Shown: positions 1-11,597, counted from the stretch's first letter. The stretch: DNA of 64,000 nucleotides from Alistipes sp. (GCF_020026455.1 NZ_JAHHQJ010000014.1:6153-70152), one strand, 5' to 3'. Numbers and translations are program-made. The notes: a model not told the origin generated them from the sequence alone.

Positions 1-283
1 CCAGCGTCATCTTTCGGCCGAGAGCGGCCTCTACTGCCGCATCCTGACCGAGGGCGTGTTCGGAATCCGCCCGACGGGAATGCGGTCGTTTGACCTGACC
101 CCGCGTCTGCCCGCGGCGTGGGACCACATGAATCTGCGCAACGTGCGGGCCTTCGGCTCGGAGTTCGACATCGAGGTGCGCCGTGCGGCCCGGGGGATGG
201 AGGTTTCCGTGACGCAGGGCGGGCGGGAGATCGTCCGCAAGAGGCTCCGCGCGGGTCAGAGTCTCGGGGTCAGGCTGCCGTAG
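1..283 (+). CDS. 3' end of a CDS, probably a six-hairpin glycosidase-like protein (partial, starts before the window)
   Basis: Frame 2 is open from base 2 (QRHLSAESGLYCRILTEGVFGIRPTG...) to TAG at 281-283; resembles the C-terminus of Bacteroidota glycoside hydrolases (from recall). Confidence 0.55.
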   Translation, partial: QRHLSAESGLYCRILTEGVFGIRPTGMRSFDLTPRLPAAWDHMNLRNVRAFGSEFDIEVRRAARGMEVSVTQGGREIVRKRLRAGQSLGVRLP

Positions 284-321
284 CCCGTAACAGCGAGGAG
301 GTTTTCGAAAACCTCCCTCGT

Positions 322-1086
322 TTATTTCCGTGCGATGTAGAACAGGTCGAAACAGCCGTCTCCCACCGGCTCGATGCGGTAGTCGTCCCTGCGGATCGAG
401 TTGGTCAGCCCGGTGTTTTCCCGGAGGAGCCTGCGGCGGTTCATGCGGTTGAGAATGTCGTAGGGGATCTGCAGCATCCAGCGCGGCAGACGGTGCTGGA
501 GATCGAGCGGATCGAAGCGCGTGATGCGCTCGACGCTGCGGCGGTTTTCGGCGTAGTAGTCCATCACCTTTTCGTTGCCGAAGACCCCGAGGGCCTCGAT
601 CTGCGAGAAACACCCGGCGAGCAGTTCGCGGAACTGTTCGGCCGTGTATTCGCGCACGTGCCACGGGTTGCGGGTGAGCGACATCGGGGCGTTGGGGGTT
701 GTCGCGATGAAGCGGCCTCCGGGGCGCAGTACCCGGTGTATCTCGCGCACGAATTCCGCATCGCGTTTGATGTGCTCGATCACCTGGAACGAGATCACGC
801 AGTCGAAACTCCCCTCGGGGAAGTCCAGCGGCGGGACCACCGCCTGCCGGAATTCGACGTTGGGCCTGTCGAGCAGTGCCGGGTCCGGGACGTGCTTGTC
901 GATGGTGACGAACCTCCGGGCCCGGGGTGCCACGACCTCGATGCCGTATCCGGCTCCGGTCCCGATTTCGAGTACATCGCCCCCGATGCGTGCCGCTGCG
1001 GCGTGGTAGGCCAGCAGCGAGCGCTGGAACACGAAATTGTCCGATGCTTCCGCCGAAACGCGCTCTGCGGTGTTAATCTTCGCCAT
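322..1086 (-). CDS. Class I SAM-dependent methyltransferase
   Basis: Motif I VLEIGTGAGYG; FDCVISFQVIEHI; RVLRPGG. Confidence 0.9.
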   Translation of the reverse strand: MAKINTAERVSAEASDNFVFQRSLLAYHAAAARIGGDVLEIGTGAGYGIEVVAPRARRFVTIDKHVPDPALLDRPNVEFRQAVVPPLDFPEGSFDCVISFQVIEHIKRDAEFVREIHRVLRPGGRFIATTPNAPMSLTRNPWHVREYTAEQFRELLAGCFSQIEALGVFGNEKVMDYYAENRRSVERITRFDPLDLQHRLPRWMLQIPYDILNRMNRRRLLRENTGLTNSIRRDDYRIEPVGDGCFDLFYIARK

Positions 1087-1921
1087 GGTTCCGGATTTTG
1101 ATGCCTTTTTCGCCGACTTCGACCGCGCCTCGCTTGAGGAGCACGCCCAGCGAGCGTTTGAAGACCTTTTTGCTTGTTCCCGTGAGACGCGTCACCTCTT
1201 CGGGAGCGCTGTCGTCGTTCAGGGGCAGGAACCCTCCGTTTTCCCGAACCAGCCGGAGCAGCACCTCCGCCGCATCCTTGACCTGGGCGAATCCCGTCAG
1301 CTGGAGACACACATCGATGCGGTTGTCTTCGGTGATGCGGCTGACGTATCCTTTCAGCCGGTCGCCGACGGCCACGGGACGGAAGATCTGGTTGTGGTAG
1401 ATCATGCCCCAGTGGCGGTTCTCGATGATCACGCGGAATCCGATTTCGCACTCCGAGGCCACCAGCAGGGCGACCTCCTGCCGGGGTTTCACCGAAATCA
1501 GGTCGTTGTTTATGAAACTCTTGAGTTTGGTCGTCGCCACGCAGCGTCCCGTGATGTTGTCTTCGTAGAGGTAGACGATGTAGCTGTGCCCGGCCAGAAT
1601 GCCGCCCTGCTGGTTGCGGTTGGGGAGGAACAGGTCCTTTCCGTGCAGACCCCAGTCGAGGAATGCGCCGTGGGCCGTCTTGTCCACCACGCGCAGATAG
1701 CCGGCTTCGCCTTCGCGCAGCAGCGGGGTTTCGGTTGTCGCCACGAGACGGTCCTCCGAGTCGTGGTAGAGGAATACCTCCTTCTGGTCGCCGACCTTGT
1801 CCGTCAGCGAAGTGTATCGGTTGGGGAGCAGCACTTCGTTCTGCTCCTCGTCGGCGAGGTATAGGCCGTATTCCGAGATGCGGCTTACGGTGAGGGTTTG
1901 TATGCGTCCTGCTTTCAACAT
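1073..1921 (-). CDS. cvfB: CvfB/YitL-type S1 RNA-binding domain protein
   Basis: Repeated S1-like segments (GLYL...EVLLP, GAFLDWGL..DLFLP) and C-terminal winged helix SKKVFKRSLGVL. Confidence 0.85.
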   Translation of the reverse strand: MLKAGRIQTLTVSRISEYGLYLADEEQNEVLLPNRYTSLTDKVGDQKEVFLYHDSEDRLVATTETPLLREGEAGYLRVVDKTAHGAFLDWGLHGKDLFLPNRNQQGGILAGHSYIVYLYEDNITGRCVATTKLKSFINNDLISVKPRQEVALLVASECEIGFRVIIENRHWGMIYHNQIFRPVAVGDRLKGYVSRITEDNRIDVCLQLTGFAQVKDAAEVLLRLVRENGGFLPLNDDSAPEEVTRLTGTSKKVFKRSLGVLLKRGAVEVGEKGIKIRNHGED

Positions 1922-2085
1922 GTCTTTTCGGTATCAGTGCTGCAAAAGTACGTTTATTTTCCGCCGAATCCAAACTTCGCGGCTCCCGCCGCCTGAAGAT
2001 GCTGCGTATTTCCCGGCTTGCGGGACGGACGTTTTGCGGATTGCCCGAAAAACCGTATCTTTACGAAACGCAAAAATCTCTCGAA

Positions 2086-3906
2086 ATGATGAAACTGCGC
2101 CGATTCCTGTTCCTGCTCTGGGCGGTGCTGCCGGTGGCGGGCTCCCTGTGCGCCCAGCCGGTCGACTCGCTCTACGACAAGGCTGAATACCGCATCGCCA
2201 TGCGCGACAGCGTTCACCTGCACACCACGGTCTTCACCCCCAAGGCTCCCGGCAAGGCCCCGATAATCATTTTCCGGACGCCTTACGGTACGGGTCCTTA
2301 CGGCGAGGGTCGGTTTCCCGACAACTTCGGGGCGGGTTACATGCGCAGCTACGTCGACCGCGGCTACATCATCGTCCGGCAGGATGTCCGGGGTCGCTAC
2401 ATGAGCGAGGGTGCGTTCATGCACGTGCGCCCGGCGGGCTTCGGCAGCGTGGACGAGACGACGGACAGCTACGACACGGTGGACTGGCTGGTGGAGAATA
2501 TCCCCGGCAACAACGGCCGTGTGGGTTTCGCGGGATGCTCCTACCCGGGCTTCTACGCCCTGATGGGCGGTCTGAGCGGACATCCGGCCGTGAAGGCCAT
2601 ATCGCCGCAGGCCCCCGTTACGGACTGGTATATGGGCGACGATCTCCACCACAACGGCGTGCTGATGCTGAGCGACGCCGTGCGGTTTCTCAATTCGATG
2701 AATGCTCCTGCCGGACATACCCCCACGGAGACCATGCCGCGGCGCCCGCTGACGGTGACCCCCGACGAGCGCACATTCTTCCTGGCGGAGCACCCTGCGC
2801 GGGCCGATCTGACGCAACTGCTGGCGCCCAATCCCTTTTGGGAGGAGTTGGCCGCTCACGCCGACTACGATGAGTGGTGGCGCATGCGCGATACGCGCCG
2901 GGTCTGCTACAACATCCGTCCCGCGATGCTGATCGTGGGTGGCACGTTCGATGCCGAGGACTGCTACGGAGCCTGGAACCTCTACAAATCGGTCCTGCGG
3001 CAGAGTGCCCGGACCCCGCTCCACCTGGTCGTCGGGCCGTGGGCCCACGGGGCGTGGCGCGGCGAGGGGCGCCGGCTGGGCGACTTCGATTTCGGGGCGG
3101 AGGCCTCCGGCGCCTACTATATGGAGCACTTCGAGGCCCCCTTTTTCGACTGCTACCTCTGGGCGCGCGACACCGTCGACCGCTTGCCGCCCGTGGCAGT
3201 TTTCACCTCGGGCGACGGCCGCTGGCACACGTTCGACCGCTGGACGCCCCCGCAGGTCCGCAGGCTGACCCTCTACCTGACCGAAGGCGGGCGCCTCGAC
3301 ACGCAGCGGCCCGAGGCCAAATCCTCGTCGACGAGCTATACCTCCGATCCGTCCGACCCCGTGCCGTATACCGAACACTCCGCTGCACGGCGTCTCCGGG
3401 AGTATATGATCGCCGACCAGCGCTTCCTCGGGGGGCGCGGGGACGTGCTGACGTTCGTGACCGAGCCGCTGACCGAGGATGTGACGCTTGCCGGACCGGT
3501 CGAGGCGACTCTGGAGGTGGCCCTTTCGACCACCGATGCCGATTTCGTCGTGAAGCTGATCGATGTTTTCCCCGACGGGGACGGGGGCGAACATGCGGGA
3601 ATGCAGATGCTCGTCCGCGGCGATGTCGTGCGCGGCCGCTACCGCGACGGTTTCGCCCACCCGAAAGCCTTCGTTCCGGGCAGTCCCGAGAGGGTGCCTT
3701 TCCGCACGACCGACATCGCGCACACCTTCCGCGCCGGACACCGGATCATGGTGCAGGTGCAGAGTTCGTGGTTCCCGCTCCTGGAGCGCAACCCCCAGCA
3801 GTTCGTCGACCTGTGGCATTGTGCGGCGTCGGACTTCGTGCCCTGCCGGGTGACTCTTTTCCACCAGCGCGACCGCGCTTCGTTACTTACCGTCTACCGA
3901 CTCTGA
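2086..3906 (+). CDS. CocE/NonD family serine hydrolase (secreted)
   Basis: Signal peptide; IAMRDSVHL, RTPYG, QDVRGRYMSEG, nucleophile motif GCSYPG, GPWAHG; ATG at 2086 chosen over the upstream near-cognate start. Confidence 0.9.
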   Translation: MMKLRRFLFLLWAVLPVAGSLCAQPVDSLYDKAEYRIAMRDSVHLHTTVFTPKAPGKAPIIIFRTPYGTGPYGEGRFPDNFGAGYMRSYVDRGYIIVRQDVRGRYMSEGAFMHVRPAGFGSVDETTDSYDTVDWLVENIPGNNGRVGFAGCSYPGFYALMGGLSGHPAVKAISPQAPVTDWYMGDDLHHNGVLMLSDAVRFLNSMNAPAGHTPTETMPRRPLTVTPDERTFFLAEHPARADLTQLLAPNPFWEELAAHADYDEWWRMRDTRRVCYNIRPAMLIVGGTFDAEDCYGAWNLYKSVLRQSARTPLHLVVGPWAHGAWRGEGRRLGDFDFGAEASGAYYMEHFEAPFFDCYLWARDTVDRLPPVAVFTSGDGRWHTFDRWTPPQVRRLTLYLTEGGRLDTQRPEAKSSSTSYTSDPSDPVPYTEHSAARRLREYMIADQRFLGGRGDVLTFVTEPLTEDVTLAGPVEATLEVALSTTDADFVVKLIDVFPDGDGGEHAGMQMLVRGDVVRGRYRDGFAHPKAFVPGSPERVPFRTTDIAHTFRAGHRIMVQVQSSWFPLLERNPQQFVDLWHCAASDFVPCRVTLFHQRDRASLLTVYRL

Positions 3907-3911
3907 TTTTC

Positions 3912-4673
3912 ATGAAACTCCGCATCGCCCTCTGCCAGTGCGACATCGCCTGGGAACAACCCGCGCGGAACCTCGCGCGGCTCGAACCGCTGGTCACTGC
4001 GGCCGCTGCGGATCTTGTGGTGCTGCCCGAAATGTTCGCCACGGGCTTCACGACCGATCCCGCCGGAGTGGCCGATCGGACCGACGGGGCTGTCGTCACG
4101 ACCCTGCGGCGCTGGGCCTCCCGATACGGCAAGGCGGTCGCGGGCAGCGTTGCCGTTGCCGAAAACGGACGTTTCTACAACCGCATGTATTTCGTGAAAC
4201 CTTCGGGCGAATCTGCCGGCTATGATAAGCGCCACCTGTTCGCACCCGGCGGCGAGACGCGCCACTACACGCCCGGCCGGAGCCGCCTGCGGATCGAATA
4301 CGGCGGTCTTCGGTTTCTGCTGCTTGTCTGCTACGACCTGCGTTTTCCGGTCTGGAGCCGCTGCCGGGGCGACTACGACGCCATCCTGTGCTGCGCCTCG
4401 TGGCCTGCGCCTCGGCGGGAGGCGTGGCGGACGCTGCTGCGTGCCCGTGCCATCGAGAACCAGTGCTACGTCGCGGAGGTGAACCGCGTGGGCGAGGACC
4501 CCTCGTCGCGTTATGCCGGGGATTCGGCCCTGGTCGACTTCATGGGCCGCACGATGGCCGAAGCCGGCAGCGGGGAAGAGCTGCTGACGGAGACCTTCGA
4601 CTCCGATGCGCTGGCGGCGTTCCGCGAAAAATTCCCCGTGTGGCGGGATGCCGACGATTTCACCCTGAAATAG
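3912..4673 (+). CDS. Carbon-nitrogen hydrolase (omega-amidase YafV-like)
   Basis: Catalytic triad motifs LPEMF, YDKRHLF, VCYDLRFP; starts 5 nt after the CocE stop. Confidence 0.9.
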   Translation: MKLRIALCQCDIAWEQPARNLARLEPLVTAAAADLVVLPEMFATGFTTDPAGVADRTDGAVVTTLRRWASRYGKAVAGSVAVAENGRFYNRMYFVKPSGESAGYDKRHLFAPGGETRHYTPGRSRLRIEYGGLRFLLLVCYDLRFPVWSRCRGDYDAILCCASWPAPRREAWRTLLRARAIENQCYVAEVNRVGEDPSSRYAGDSALVDFMGRTMAEAGSGEELLTETFDSDALAAFREKFPVWRDADDFTLK

Positions 4674-4781
4674 AGCCTGCCGAAGCCTCCGTGCCGATCG
4701 CCCCGGCCTGCCGACCCTTCCCCTTGGGGCGAAAGCCCGACCGCAACAACGGCGGCGAAGAGAATGTATCGAAAAAAAACG

Positions 4782-4789
4782 TATCTTTG
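4782..4789 (+). promoter_or_regulatory. Bacteroidota sigma-A -7 element (TATCTTTG) upstream of uvrA
   Basis: Matches TAnnTTTG about 60 nt before the ATG. Confidence 0.6.
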
Positions 4790-4848
4790 CACGATGCTGA
4801 TTTGCGATCCAATAAACCGGACGTTCCGCACGTTCATATACCATTGAA

Positions 4849-7665
4849 ATGGAAGATACGATCAAAATACTGGGCGCCCGGGTTCACAACCTCAAGAACG
4901 TGGACCTCGAAATTCCGCGCCGCAAACTGGTAGTCGTCACCGGCCTGTCGGGGTCGGGCAAATCGTCGCTAGCCTTCGACACGATCTATGCCGAGGGGCA
5001 GCGCCGCTACATGGAGACGCTGTCGACCTATGCACGGCAGTTCGTGGGGACGATGGAGCGTCCCGATGTGGACAAGATCACGGGATTGAGCCCCGTAGTG
5101 GCCATCGAGCAGAAGACGACCAACAAGAACCCCCGCTCGACGGTGGGCACCGTGACCGAGATCAACGACTTCCTGCGCCTGCTCTATGCGCGGGCGTCGC
5201 GGGCCTATTCGCCCGTGACGGGCGAAGAGATGGTCCACTATACCGACGACCAGATCACCGAACTGATCCTCTCGGGCTTCTCCGGGCGCAGGATTGCCCT
5301 GATGGCCCCCATCGTCAAGGGCCGCAAGGGCCACTACCGCGAGCTGTTCGAGTCGCTGGCCAAGAAGGGCTACATCTACGCACGCATCGACGGCGAGATC
5401 CGCGAAATATCCTCCGGCATGCGCCTCGACCGCTACAAGGTCCACACCGTCGATCTGGTGGTCGACCGCCTCGCGGTCAGCGAGGAGTCCCGCGATCGGC
5501 TGGCGACCTCCCTGAAGGAGTCGATGCGCCAGGGCAAGGGCACGATGGCCGTCTACGACTACGGAACCGAGCAGCTGCGTTTCTACTCGCGCCACCTGAT
5601 GTGCCCCTCGACGGGCGTGGCCTTCGAAGACCCTGCACCGCATACCTTCTCGTTCAACTCGCCGAAGGGCGCCTGCCCGCATTGCAACGGACTGGGCGAG
5701 GAGGCGGTCTTCGATGTGGCTAAGATCATTCCCGATGCGGGTCTTTCGCTGCGCGAAGGGGCCGTCGGGCCTCTGGGCAAGTACCGCAACAACATGCTTT
5801 TCGCCATTCTGGAGATGCTGGGGCGCCGTTACGATTTCACGCTCGACGACCCTGTCGAAAGTTTCTCCGAGGAGGCGCTGAATGCCGTGCTGTACGGCGA
5901 TTCCGAGCCGCTGACGGTCGACCTGCGGGAGTTCTCGTCCTCGGGCGGCCGCCAGTTCCTCTCGTGGGAGGGCGTGGCCGAATATATCGGCCGCACCGAG
6001 GACGACGATTCGAAACACGGGCAGAAGTGGCGTGACCAGTTCCTTGTCTACCGCAAATGTTCGGTCTGCGGCGGTTCGCGCCTGCGGAAGGAGTCGTTGC
6101 AGTTCCGCGTCGCCGGCAAGAACATCGCCGAGGTGTCGGCCATGTCTATTTCCGAATTCTCGGAGTGGGTCCCCACCCTCGAAAAGCAACTGTCGGATAA
6201 GGAGTGGAAGATTGCCCGGGAGATCGTCAAGGAGATCCGCGAACGCCTTCGGTTCCTGATGGATGTGGGCTTGGGCTACCTCTCGCTGACGCGTTCGTCG
6301 CGGTCGCTGTCGGGCGGCGAGAGCCAGCGCATCCGCCTCGCCACGCAGATCGGCTCGAAGCTCGTGAATGTGCTCTATATCCTCGACGAGCCGTCGATCG
6401 GCCTTCACCAGCGCGATAACCTGCGGCTGATCCACAGCCTCGAAGAGCTGCGCGACGCGGGCAACTCGGTGATCGTCGTCGAGCACGACGAGGACATGAT
6501 GCGTGCGGCCGACTTCATCGTCGACGTCGGCCCCCGCGCCGGACGCAAGGGCGGCAACATCGTGGCTGCCGGGACGTTCGACGACATCCTCCGCTCCGAC
6601 ACCATCACCGCCGATTACCTCACGGGGCGGCGGCGGATCGAGATTCCCGAAACCTTGCGCCCGGGAACGGGCGAGAGCATCGTGATCCGCGGAGCGCGGG
6701 GCAACAACCTCAAGCATGTCACGGCCGAATTTCCGCTGGGCAAATTCATCTGCGTGACGGGAGTCAGCGGCTCGGGCAAGTCGACGCTCATCAACGAGAC
6801 CCTGCGTCCGATCCTCTCCCGGGAGCTTTACCGCTCCTTCGACCAGCCGCTGGAGTACGACGCGGCGGAGGGTATCGGGCACATCGACAAACTGGTCGTC
6901 GTCGACCAGTCGCCCATCGGGCGCACTCCGCGGTCGAATCCCGCGACCTATTCGAACGTCTTTTCCGACATCCGCAAGCTGTTCGAGATGACGCCCGACG
7001 CCCAGATCCGCGGCTTCAAGGCCGGGCGTTTCTCGTTCAACGTCAAGGGCGGCCGGTGCGAGGAGTGCCGCGGCGCGGGCGTGCAGACCATCGAGATGAA
7101 CTTTCTGCCCGACGTCTACGTGCGTTGCAAGGCGTGCGGCGGGCACCGCTACAACCGCGAGACGCTCGAAGTGAAGTACAAGGGCAAAAATATCGACGAC
7201 GTACTGAACATGACGGTCAACATGGCCGTGGAGTTCTTCGAGAACATACCTAACATCTACCAGAAGCTCCGTGCCATCCAGGAGGTGGGCCTGGGTTACC
7301 TCACGCTCGGCCAGCCCTGCACGACGCTGTCGGGCGGCGAGAGCCAGCGCATCAAGCTCTCGACCGAGCTTTCGAAACGCGACACGGGCCGCACGCTCTA
7401 CATCCTCGACGAACCCACGACGGGCCTCCATTTCGAGGATATCCGTCTGCTGCTGGAGGTGTTGAACAAGCTCGTCGACCGCGGCAATACGGTCATCGTC
7501 ATCGAACACAACCTCGACGTCATCAAGGTCGCCGACCACATTATAGATATAGGTCCCGAGGGTGGGGCGGCCGGCGGTGAGATCGTCGTTGCGGGCACAC
7601 CGCACGAGGTGGCGCAGTGCGAGGGCAGCTATACGGGTCAGTTCCTCAAAAAGATCGGCTTGTAA
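4849..7665 (+). CDS. uvrA: Excinuclease ABC subunit A
   Basis: Two Walker A motifs ([18 protein letters not shown]), two LSGGE signatures, zinc-finger CxxC pairs, 938 aa. Confidence 0.98.
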   Translation: MEDTIKILGARVHNLKNVDLEIPRRKLVVVTGLSGSGKSSLAFDTIYAEGQRRYMETLSTYARQFVGTMERPDVDKITGLSPVVAIEQKTTNKNPRSTVGTVTEINDFLRLLYARASRAYSPVTGEEMVHYTDDQITELILSGFSGRRIALMAPIVKGRKGHYRELFESLAKKGYIYARIDGEIREISSGMRLDRYKVHTVDLVVDRLAVSEESRDRLATSLKESMRQGKGTMAVYDYGTEQLRFYSRHLMCPSTGVAFEDPAPHTFSFNSPKGACPHCNGLGEEAVFDVAKIIPDAGLSLREGAVGPLGKYRNNMLFAILEMLGRRYDFTLDDPVESFSEEALNAVLYGDSEPLTVDLREFSSSGGRQFLSWEGVAEYIGRTEDDDSKHGQKWRDQFLVYRKCSVCGGSRLRKESLQFRVAGKNIAEVSAMSISEFSEWVPTLEKQLSDKEWKIAREIVKEIRERLRFLMDVGLGYLSLTRSSRSLSGGESQRIRLATQIGSKLVNVLYILDEPSIGLHQRDNLRLIHSLEELRDAGNSVIVVEHDEDMMRAADFIVDVGPRAGRKGGNIVAAGTFDDILRSDTITADYLTGRRRIEIPETLRPGTGESIVIRGARGNNLKHVTAEFPLGKFICVTGVSGSGKSTLINETLRPILSRELYRSFDQPLEYDAAEGIGHIDKLVVVDQSPIGRTPRSNPATYSNVFSDIRKLFEMTPDAQIRGFKAGRFSFNVKGGRCEECRGAGVQTIEMNFLPDVYVRCKACGGHRYNRETLEVKYKGKNIDDVLNMTVNMAVEFFENIPNIYQKLRAIQEVGLGYLTLGQPCTTLSGGESQRIKLSTELSKRDTGRTLYILDEPTTGLHFEDIRLLLEVLNKLVDRGNTVIVIEHNLDVIKVADHIIDIGPEGGAAGGEIVVAGTPHEVAQCEGSYTGQFLKKIGL

Positions 7666-8102
7666 ATTGCTCGGTTCGAAAACATTTACAGAGCGAACGA
7701 AAGGCGGGACGCAGATTTATGGCCCGGAGTCAAACGGATTTCAAGCAACGATTACGGTAAGGGGCGGGAATCCGACCGTTCAAATTTACGTTTGCAGGGG
7801 AAAAAGAACCGTTTGCAGTTAAACGAACTGCTTCTGGCGATGGAAGTGCTTCGGCATCCCATACGATCGATTTCTGAGCTGTCACAGATGAAATCCGTCC
7901 ATTTTGCCGCGGGAGTATGGTAAATCCATGCTCTCGTGGTGTTAAGTCCCCCTCCGGGGAGGGGATTTAGGGGAGGGGCGGACCTGCAAACACGGCCAAA
8001 GGCCGTGAAGAACGGCCTTCGACAGCACGAGACACCCTCCCTCGACATTCAGAGTGTTCGGCACACATTTTGCTTTCATAGCCGTAACAAACCTTATGTG
8101 CC

Positions 8103-8645
8103 ATGAAAAAAACAGTCATTATCGTTGTGGGGCTGCTGCTCTGTGCGGCTGCCGTAACCGTGATCGGACAGAAAAAAGTGCTGTCGCCCAAGGAAGAACG
8201 CCGCGAGATCCGCGAGAAACGCCGTGCGGAACGTATCGCCAACTACGAGAAATTCATGGATTCGCTCGTCTTGTCGCGCAACTTCCAGTTCAATCCGTCG
8301 ACCTTCCAGCGCCAGCCTGCGGGTCCGATGCGGCAGATCATGAATCCCGCGTTCAACGTCGGCCTGTGGGACGGGACGGCGGACATCACGCTTCCCTATA
8401 TCAAGGGTTATGTGCCGCCTTACTATGTGACGATCATCAACTACACGGTTTCCGATTTGCAGGGCTATATCACCGAGCAGACGCACGAAGGCTGGATGGT
8501 GACCTTCTCGACCTCGCTGTTTTCGGCCTCGACCTATACCTTCACCTTCGAAATCTTCTCCCGCACGGGCGGGGCTACGCTGACGATCACCAATCCGTGG
8601 TATAATCCCGTGCAGTATACGGGTTCCATTTCGCAGCTCTATTGA
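8103..8645 (+). CDS. Secreted protein, DUF4251-like
   Basis: Signal peptide, charged helix (KEERREIREKRRAER), then beta-rich domain with DSLVLSRNFQF and LPYIKG. Confidence 0.65.
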   Translation: MKKTVIIVVGLLLCAAAVTVIGQKKVLSPKEERREIREKRRAERIANYEKFMDSLVLSRNFQFNPSTFQRQPAGPMRQIMNPAFNVGLWDGTADITLPYIKGYVPPYYVTIINYTVSDLQGYITEQTHEGWMVTFSTSLFSASTYTFTFEIFSRTGGATLTITNPWYNPVQYTGSISQLY

Positions 8646-8684
8646 CGTAACTCCATTTTGCCGGCCCCATCCCGGACGGCCACA

Positions 8685-8765
8685 CCTGCCGTGCCTGCCG
8701 TGCCTGCCGTGCCTGCCGTGCCCGCTGCATCCGCCGTGCCTGCTGCACCTGCCGTGTCTGCCGTG
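8685..8765. repeat. 9-bp tandem repeat (CCTGCCGTG), 9 units
   Basis: 4 perfect units 8685-8720 followed by 5 units, one perfect and four degenerate. Confidence 0.9.
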
Positions 8766-8795
8766 CTGTCCGTTTGCCGCTCCGGCGAAGTTTTC

Positions 8796-8821
8796 AAACC
8801 CCCGCTTCGGCGGGGGCTTTT
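8796..8821 (+). terminator. Intrinsic terminator
   Basis: Stem CCCCCGC/GCGGGGG with UUCG loop followed by CTTTT. Confidence 0.75.
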
Positions 8822-8847
8822 GTCCCGTTCAATCCGATATCCGACCT

Positions 8848-9498
8848 ATGAAACGTTTTGCCCTTGTCACTTGCGGCGCACTCTCTTTCATTGCCTGTGC
8901 CGCCGTCGCGCAATCTCCGCAGTATACGCTCGAAACCTCGGCCGTGGACAGTGTGCCGCAGACGACGATCGTCCCCGTGCAGCAGGCTCCGGTGCAGGTT
9001 GTGGAGCATACGACCGTCTACGAAGAACCCGTGTCGGGGATGGACCGCGCCCGGCGCAGGGCCTATAAGGCCCGGGTCTACGCCGCGAGGATCGACTCGC
9101 TGGTGCAGTCGCGCGACTACATGTTCTTCCCCAACTCGATGCAGCAGCTGCCCGGCGGGATGATCCGTTCGATCTATGCCGATTACTTCTTTTTCGGGGT
9201 GTTTGTCGACCATGTCGAGGTGCACCTGCCCACCGAGCGGGGCATCACCCAGTATGTCGAGATGCTGAATTTCGATTCGATGACGGTCCGTGACTATCGG
9301 GCCTCCCGCGTGCAGTGGGGGTGGTCGGTCTCCTTCGATATTTCGGACGGCAATGCCCTCTACCACGCCGATTTCGCCGCCTCTACGGCCACGGGCGAAA
9401 CGGTGCTGACGCTTCTGACGCCCGACGTCACGATGCGTTATGTCGGCTGGCTGTGGAACAAGCGGGTGAACGACCCGCGGTATCGCAGGATGGATTGA
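8848..9498 (+). CDS. Secreted protein, DUF4251-like (paralog of 8103-8645)
   Basis: Signal peptide; RARRRAYKAR helix then DSLVQSRDYMFFP..HLP, parallel to the upstream gene. Confidence 0.6.
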   Translation: MKRFALVTCGALSFIACAAVAQSPQYTLETSAVDSVPQTTIVPVQQAPVQVVEHTTVYEEPVSGMDRARRRAYKARVYAARIDSLVQSRDYMFFPNSMQQLPGGMIRSIYADYFFFGVFVDHVEVHLPTERGITQYVEMLNFDSMTVRDYRASRVQWGWSVSFDISDGNALYHADFAASTATGETVLTLLTPDVTMRYVGWLWNKRVNDPRYRRMD

Positions 9499-9555
9499 CC
9501 CTGTGCGGATGCCGTCGTGCTCCCGCAGACCCGGTTTGGAGGTCCGGCCCCGGGA

Positions 9556-10047
9556 CTATTTTCCGTCCGCAGGCCGGAAGATCAACGCCACGGCAGAGAC
9601 AGAGATGCCCTCCTCGCGCCCTTCGAAACCCAGATGCTCCGTGGTTGTGGCCTTGACCGAGACCCTGTCGACGGCTATGCCCATCGCACCGGCCATCGCC
9701 GTGCGCATGGCGTCGATGTGCGGCCGCAGTTTGGGTTGCTGGGCGCGGATCGTGCAGTCCACGTTTCCGATTTCGTAGCCCTTTTCGCGCAGCAGTTCCG
9801 CCACGCGGCGCAGCAGGATCTTCGAGTCGATGCCGGCGAAATCGGCCGACGTGTCGGGGAAGTGCAGCCCGATGTCGCCCAGTGCCGCGGCACCCAGCAG
9901 GGCGTCGCACAGGGCGTGGATCGCCACGTCTCCGTCCGAGTGGGCGACACTCCCTTTTCTGTGGGCGATCTCCACGCCTCCCAGAACCAGCGGCAGGCCG
10001 TCGGCCAGGGCGTGTACGTCGTATCCGTGTCCTATTCTGAAATCCAT
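9556..10047 (-). CDS. ispF: 2-C-methyl-D-erythritol 2,4-cyclodiphosphate synthase
   Basis: [34 protein letters not shown] motifs; start at MDFRIG. Confidence 0.97.
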   Translation of the reverse strand: MDFRIGHGYDVHALADGLPLVLGGVEIAHRKGSVAHSDGDVAIHALCDALLGAAALGDIGLHFPDTSADFAGIDSKILLRRVAELLREKGYEIGNVDCTIRAQQPKLRPHIDAMRTAMAGAMGIAVDRVSVKATTTEHLGFEGREEGISVSAVALIFRPADGK

Positions 10048-10114
10048 TTGTTTCCCTGTTTTATTATTGCCAAAGTTACGGATTTTTCCTAACTTTGCAA
10101 AAAAGCAAAAATTT

Positions 10115-11566
10115 ATGTCGGAAATAACCTCTTTGGAACCGCGTCTTGTCTGGGAACAGTTCGACGCCATCACGCGAGTGCCGCGTCCTTCGAAGAAGGA
10201 GGGCAAAATCATCGATTTTCTGATCGATTTCGCCAAAAAGCACCATATCGAATACAAAAGGGACGCCATCGGCAACGTCGTGATGCGCAAGCCCGCCACT
10301 CCGGGCATGGAGGAGCATCCTGCCGTGATCCTCCAGTCGCATATGGACATGGTCTGCGAAAAGAACTCGGATGTGGAGTTCGACTTCGACAACGATCCCA
10401 TCCGCACGCGTATCGACGGCGACTGGGTCCGGGCCGAAGGCACGACGCTGGGAGCCGACTGCGGTATCGGCATGGCCGCCGCACTGGCCGTGATGCTCGA
10501 CGAGACGGTGGAGCACGGCCCTGTCGAGGCGCTGTTCACCGTCGACGAGGAGACGGGCCTCACGGGAGCCTTCGAACTGGGTGAGGGGATGCTCTCGGGC
10601 AAATACCTCGTCAACCTCGATTCGGAGGACGAGGGCGAAATCTTCATCGGCTGTGCGGGCGGCATCGACACCATCGCCACGTTCCACTATACGATGGAGC
10701 CTTCGCCGAAGAACTACACGTTCTTCCGTGTCGACGTGTCGGACCTCCAGGGCGGACACTCGGGCGACGACATCGACAAGGGGAGGGTCAATTCGAACAA
10801 GACCGTGGCGCGTCTTCTGTGGGACGGCATGCAGTCGTTCGAACTCAGACTCTCTTACTTCAACGGCGGCAACCTCCGCAACGCCATTCCGCGCGAGGCC
10901 TACGCCATCTTCGGCGTCCCGACCCGCTTCAAGGAGGAGTTCGTCAAACGTTACAACCTCTTCGCCGCGGATCTCGAAGCCGAATTCCGCTTCCGCGAGC
11001 CCAATTTCAAAATCACGCTCAACGAGATGCCCCAGGTCAACGAGGTGCTCGACAGCCGGACGCAGTCGGCGCTGGTCTACTCGTTGGTAGGTGTTCCCAA
11101 TGGGGTCGTCTCCATGTCGTTCGCCGTTCCGGGACTGGTCGAGACCTCGACAAACCTTGCTTCGGTGAAGTTCGCGGAGGGCAACCGCATCGTTGTCACC
11201 TCGTCGCAACGCTCGTCGGTCGAGAGTGCCAAGACCTACGTGATGCAGATGGTCGAGTCGGTCTTCGCGCTGGCGGGCGCCGATGTGGCCCATTCCGACG
11301 GCTATCCGGGCTGGACGCCCGATCCGCAGTCGAAACTGCTGGAGGTCACCGTCGAAGCCTACAAACGGCTTTTCGGCACCGAACCCAAGGTCCGCGCCAT
11401 CCACGCCGGACTGGAGTGCGGCCTGTTCCTCGAGAAGTATCCCGATCTGGAGATGGTCTCCTTCGGCCCGACGCTCCGCGGCGTGCATTCGCCCGACGAA
11501 CGGCTCGAAATCGCCACGGTCCCCAAGTTCTGGAACCTGCTGACTGAAGTGCTGAAAACAATCTGA
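10115..11566 (+). CDS. pepD: Aminoacyl-histidine dipeptidase (M20C)
   Basis: [43 protein letters not shown]; TAACTTTG promoter element at 10090-10097. Confidence 0.95.
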   Translation: MSEITSLEPRLVWEQFDAITRVPRPSKKEGKIIDFLIDFAKKHHIEYKRDAIGNVVMRKPATPGMEEHPAVILQSHMDMVCEKNSDVEFDFDNDPIRTRIDGDWVRAEGTTLGADCGIGMAAALAVMLDETVEHGPVEALFTVDEETGLTGAFELGEGMLSGKYLVNLDSEDEGEIFIGCAGGIDTIATFHYTMEPSPKNYTFFRVDVSDLQGGHSGDDIDKGRVNSNKTVARLLWDGMQSFELRLSYFNGGNLRNAIPREAYAIFGVPTRFKEEFVKRYNLFAADLEAEFRFREPNFKITLNEMPQVNEVLDSRTQSALVYSLVGVPNGVVSMSFAVPGLVETSTNLASVKFAEGNRIVVTSSQRSSVESAKTYVMQMVESVFALAGADVAHSDGYPGWTPDPQSKLLEVTVEAYKRLFGTEPKVRAIHAGLECGLFLEKYPDLEMVSFGPTLRGVHSPDERLEIATVPKFWNLLTEVLKTI

Positions 11567-11597
11567 TTCCGATTCCGGCATCCCCACGGCGGGGGTG

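Noticed and set aside
4969-7605. 878-aa ORF antisense to uvrA, and similar long antisense ORFs (1954-3864, 26421-28088, 33244-34761, 37861-39564, 55171-56775, 60454-62829)
   Set aside because: Shadow frames of GC-rich genes; they have no recognisable motifs and fully overlap well-supported CDSs
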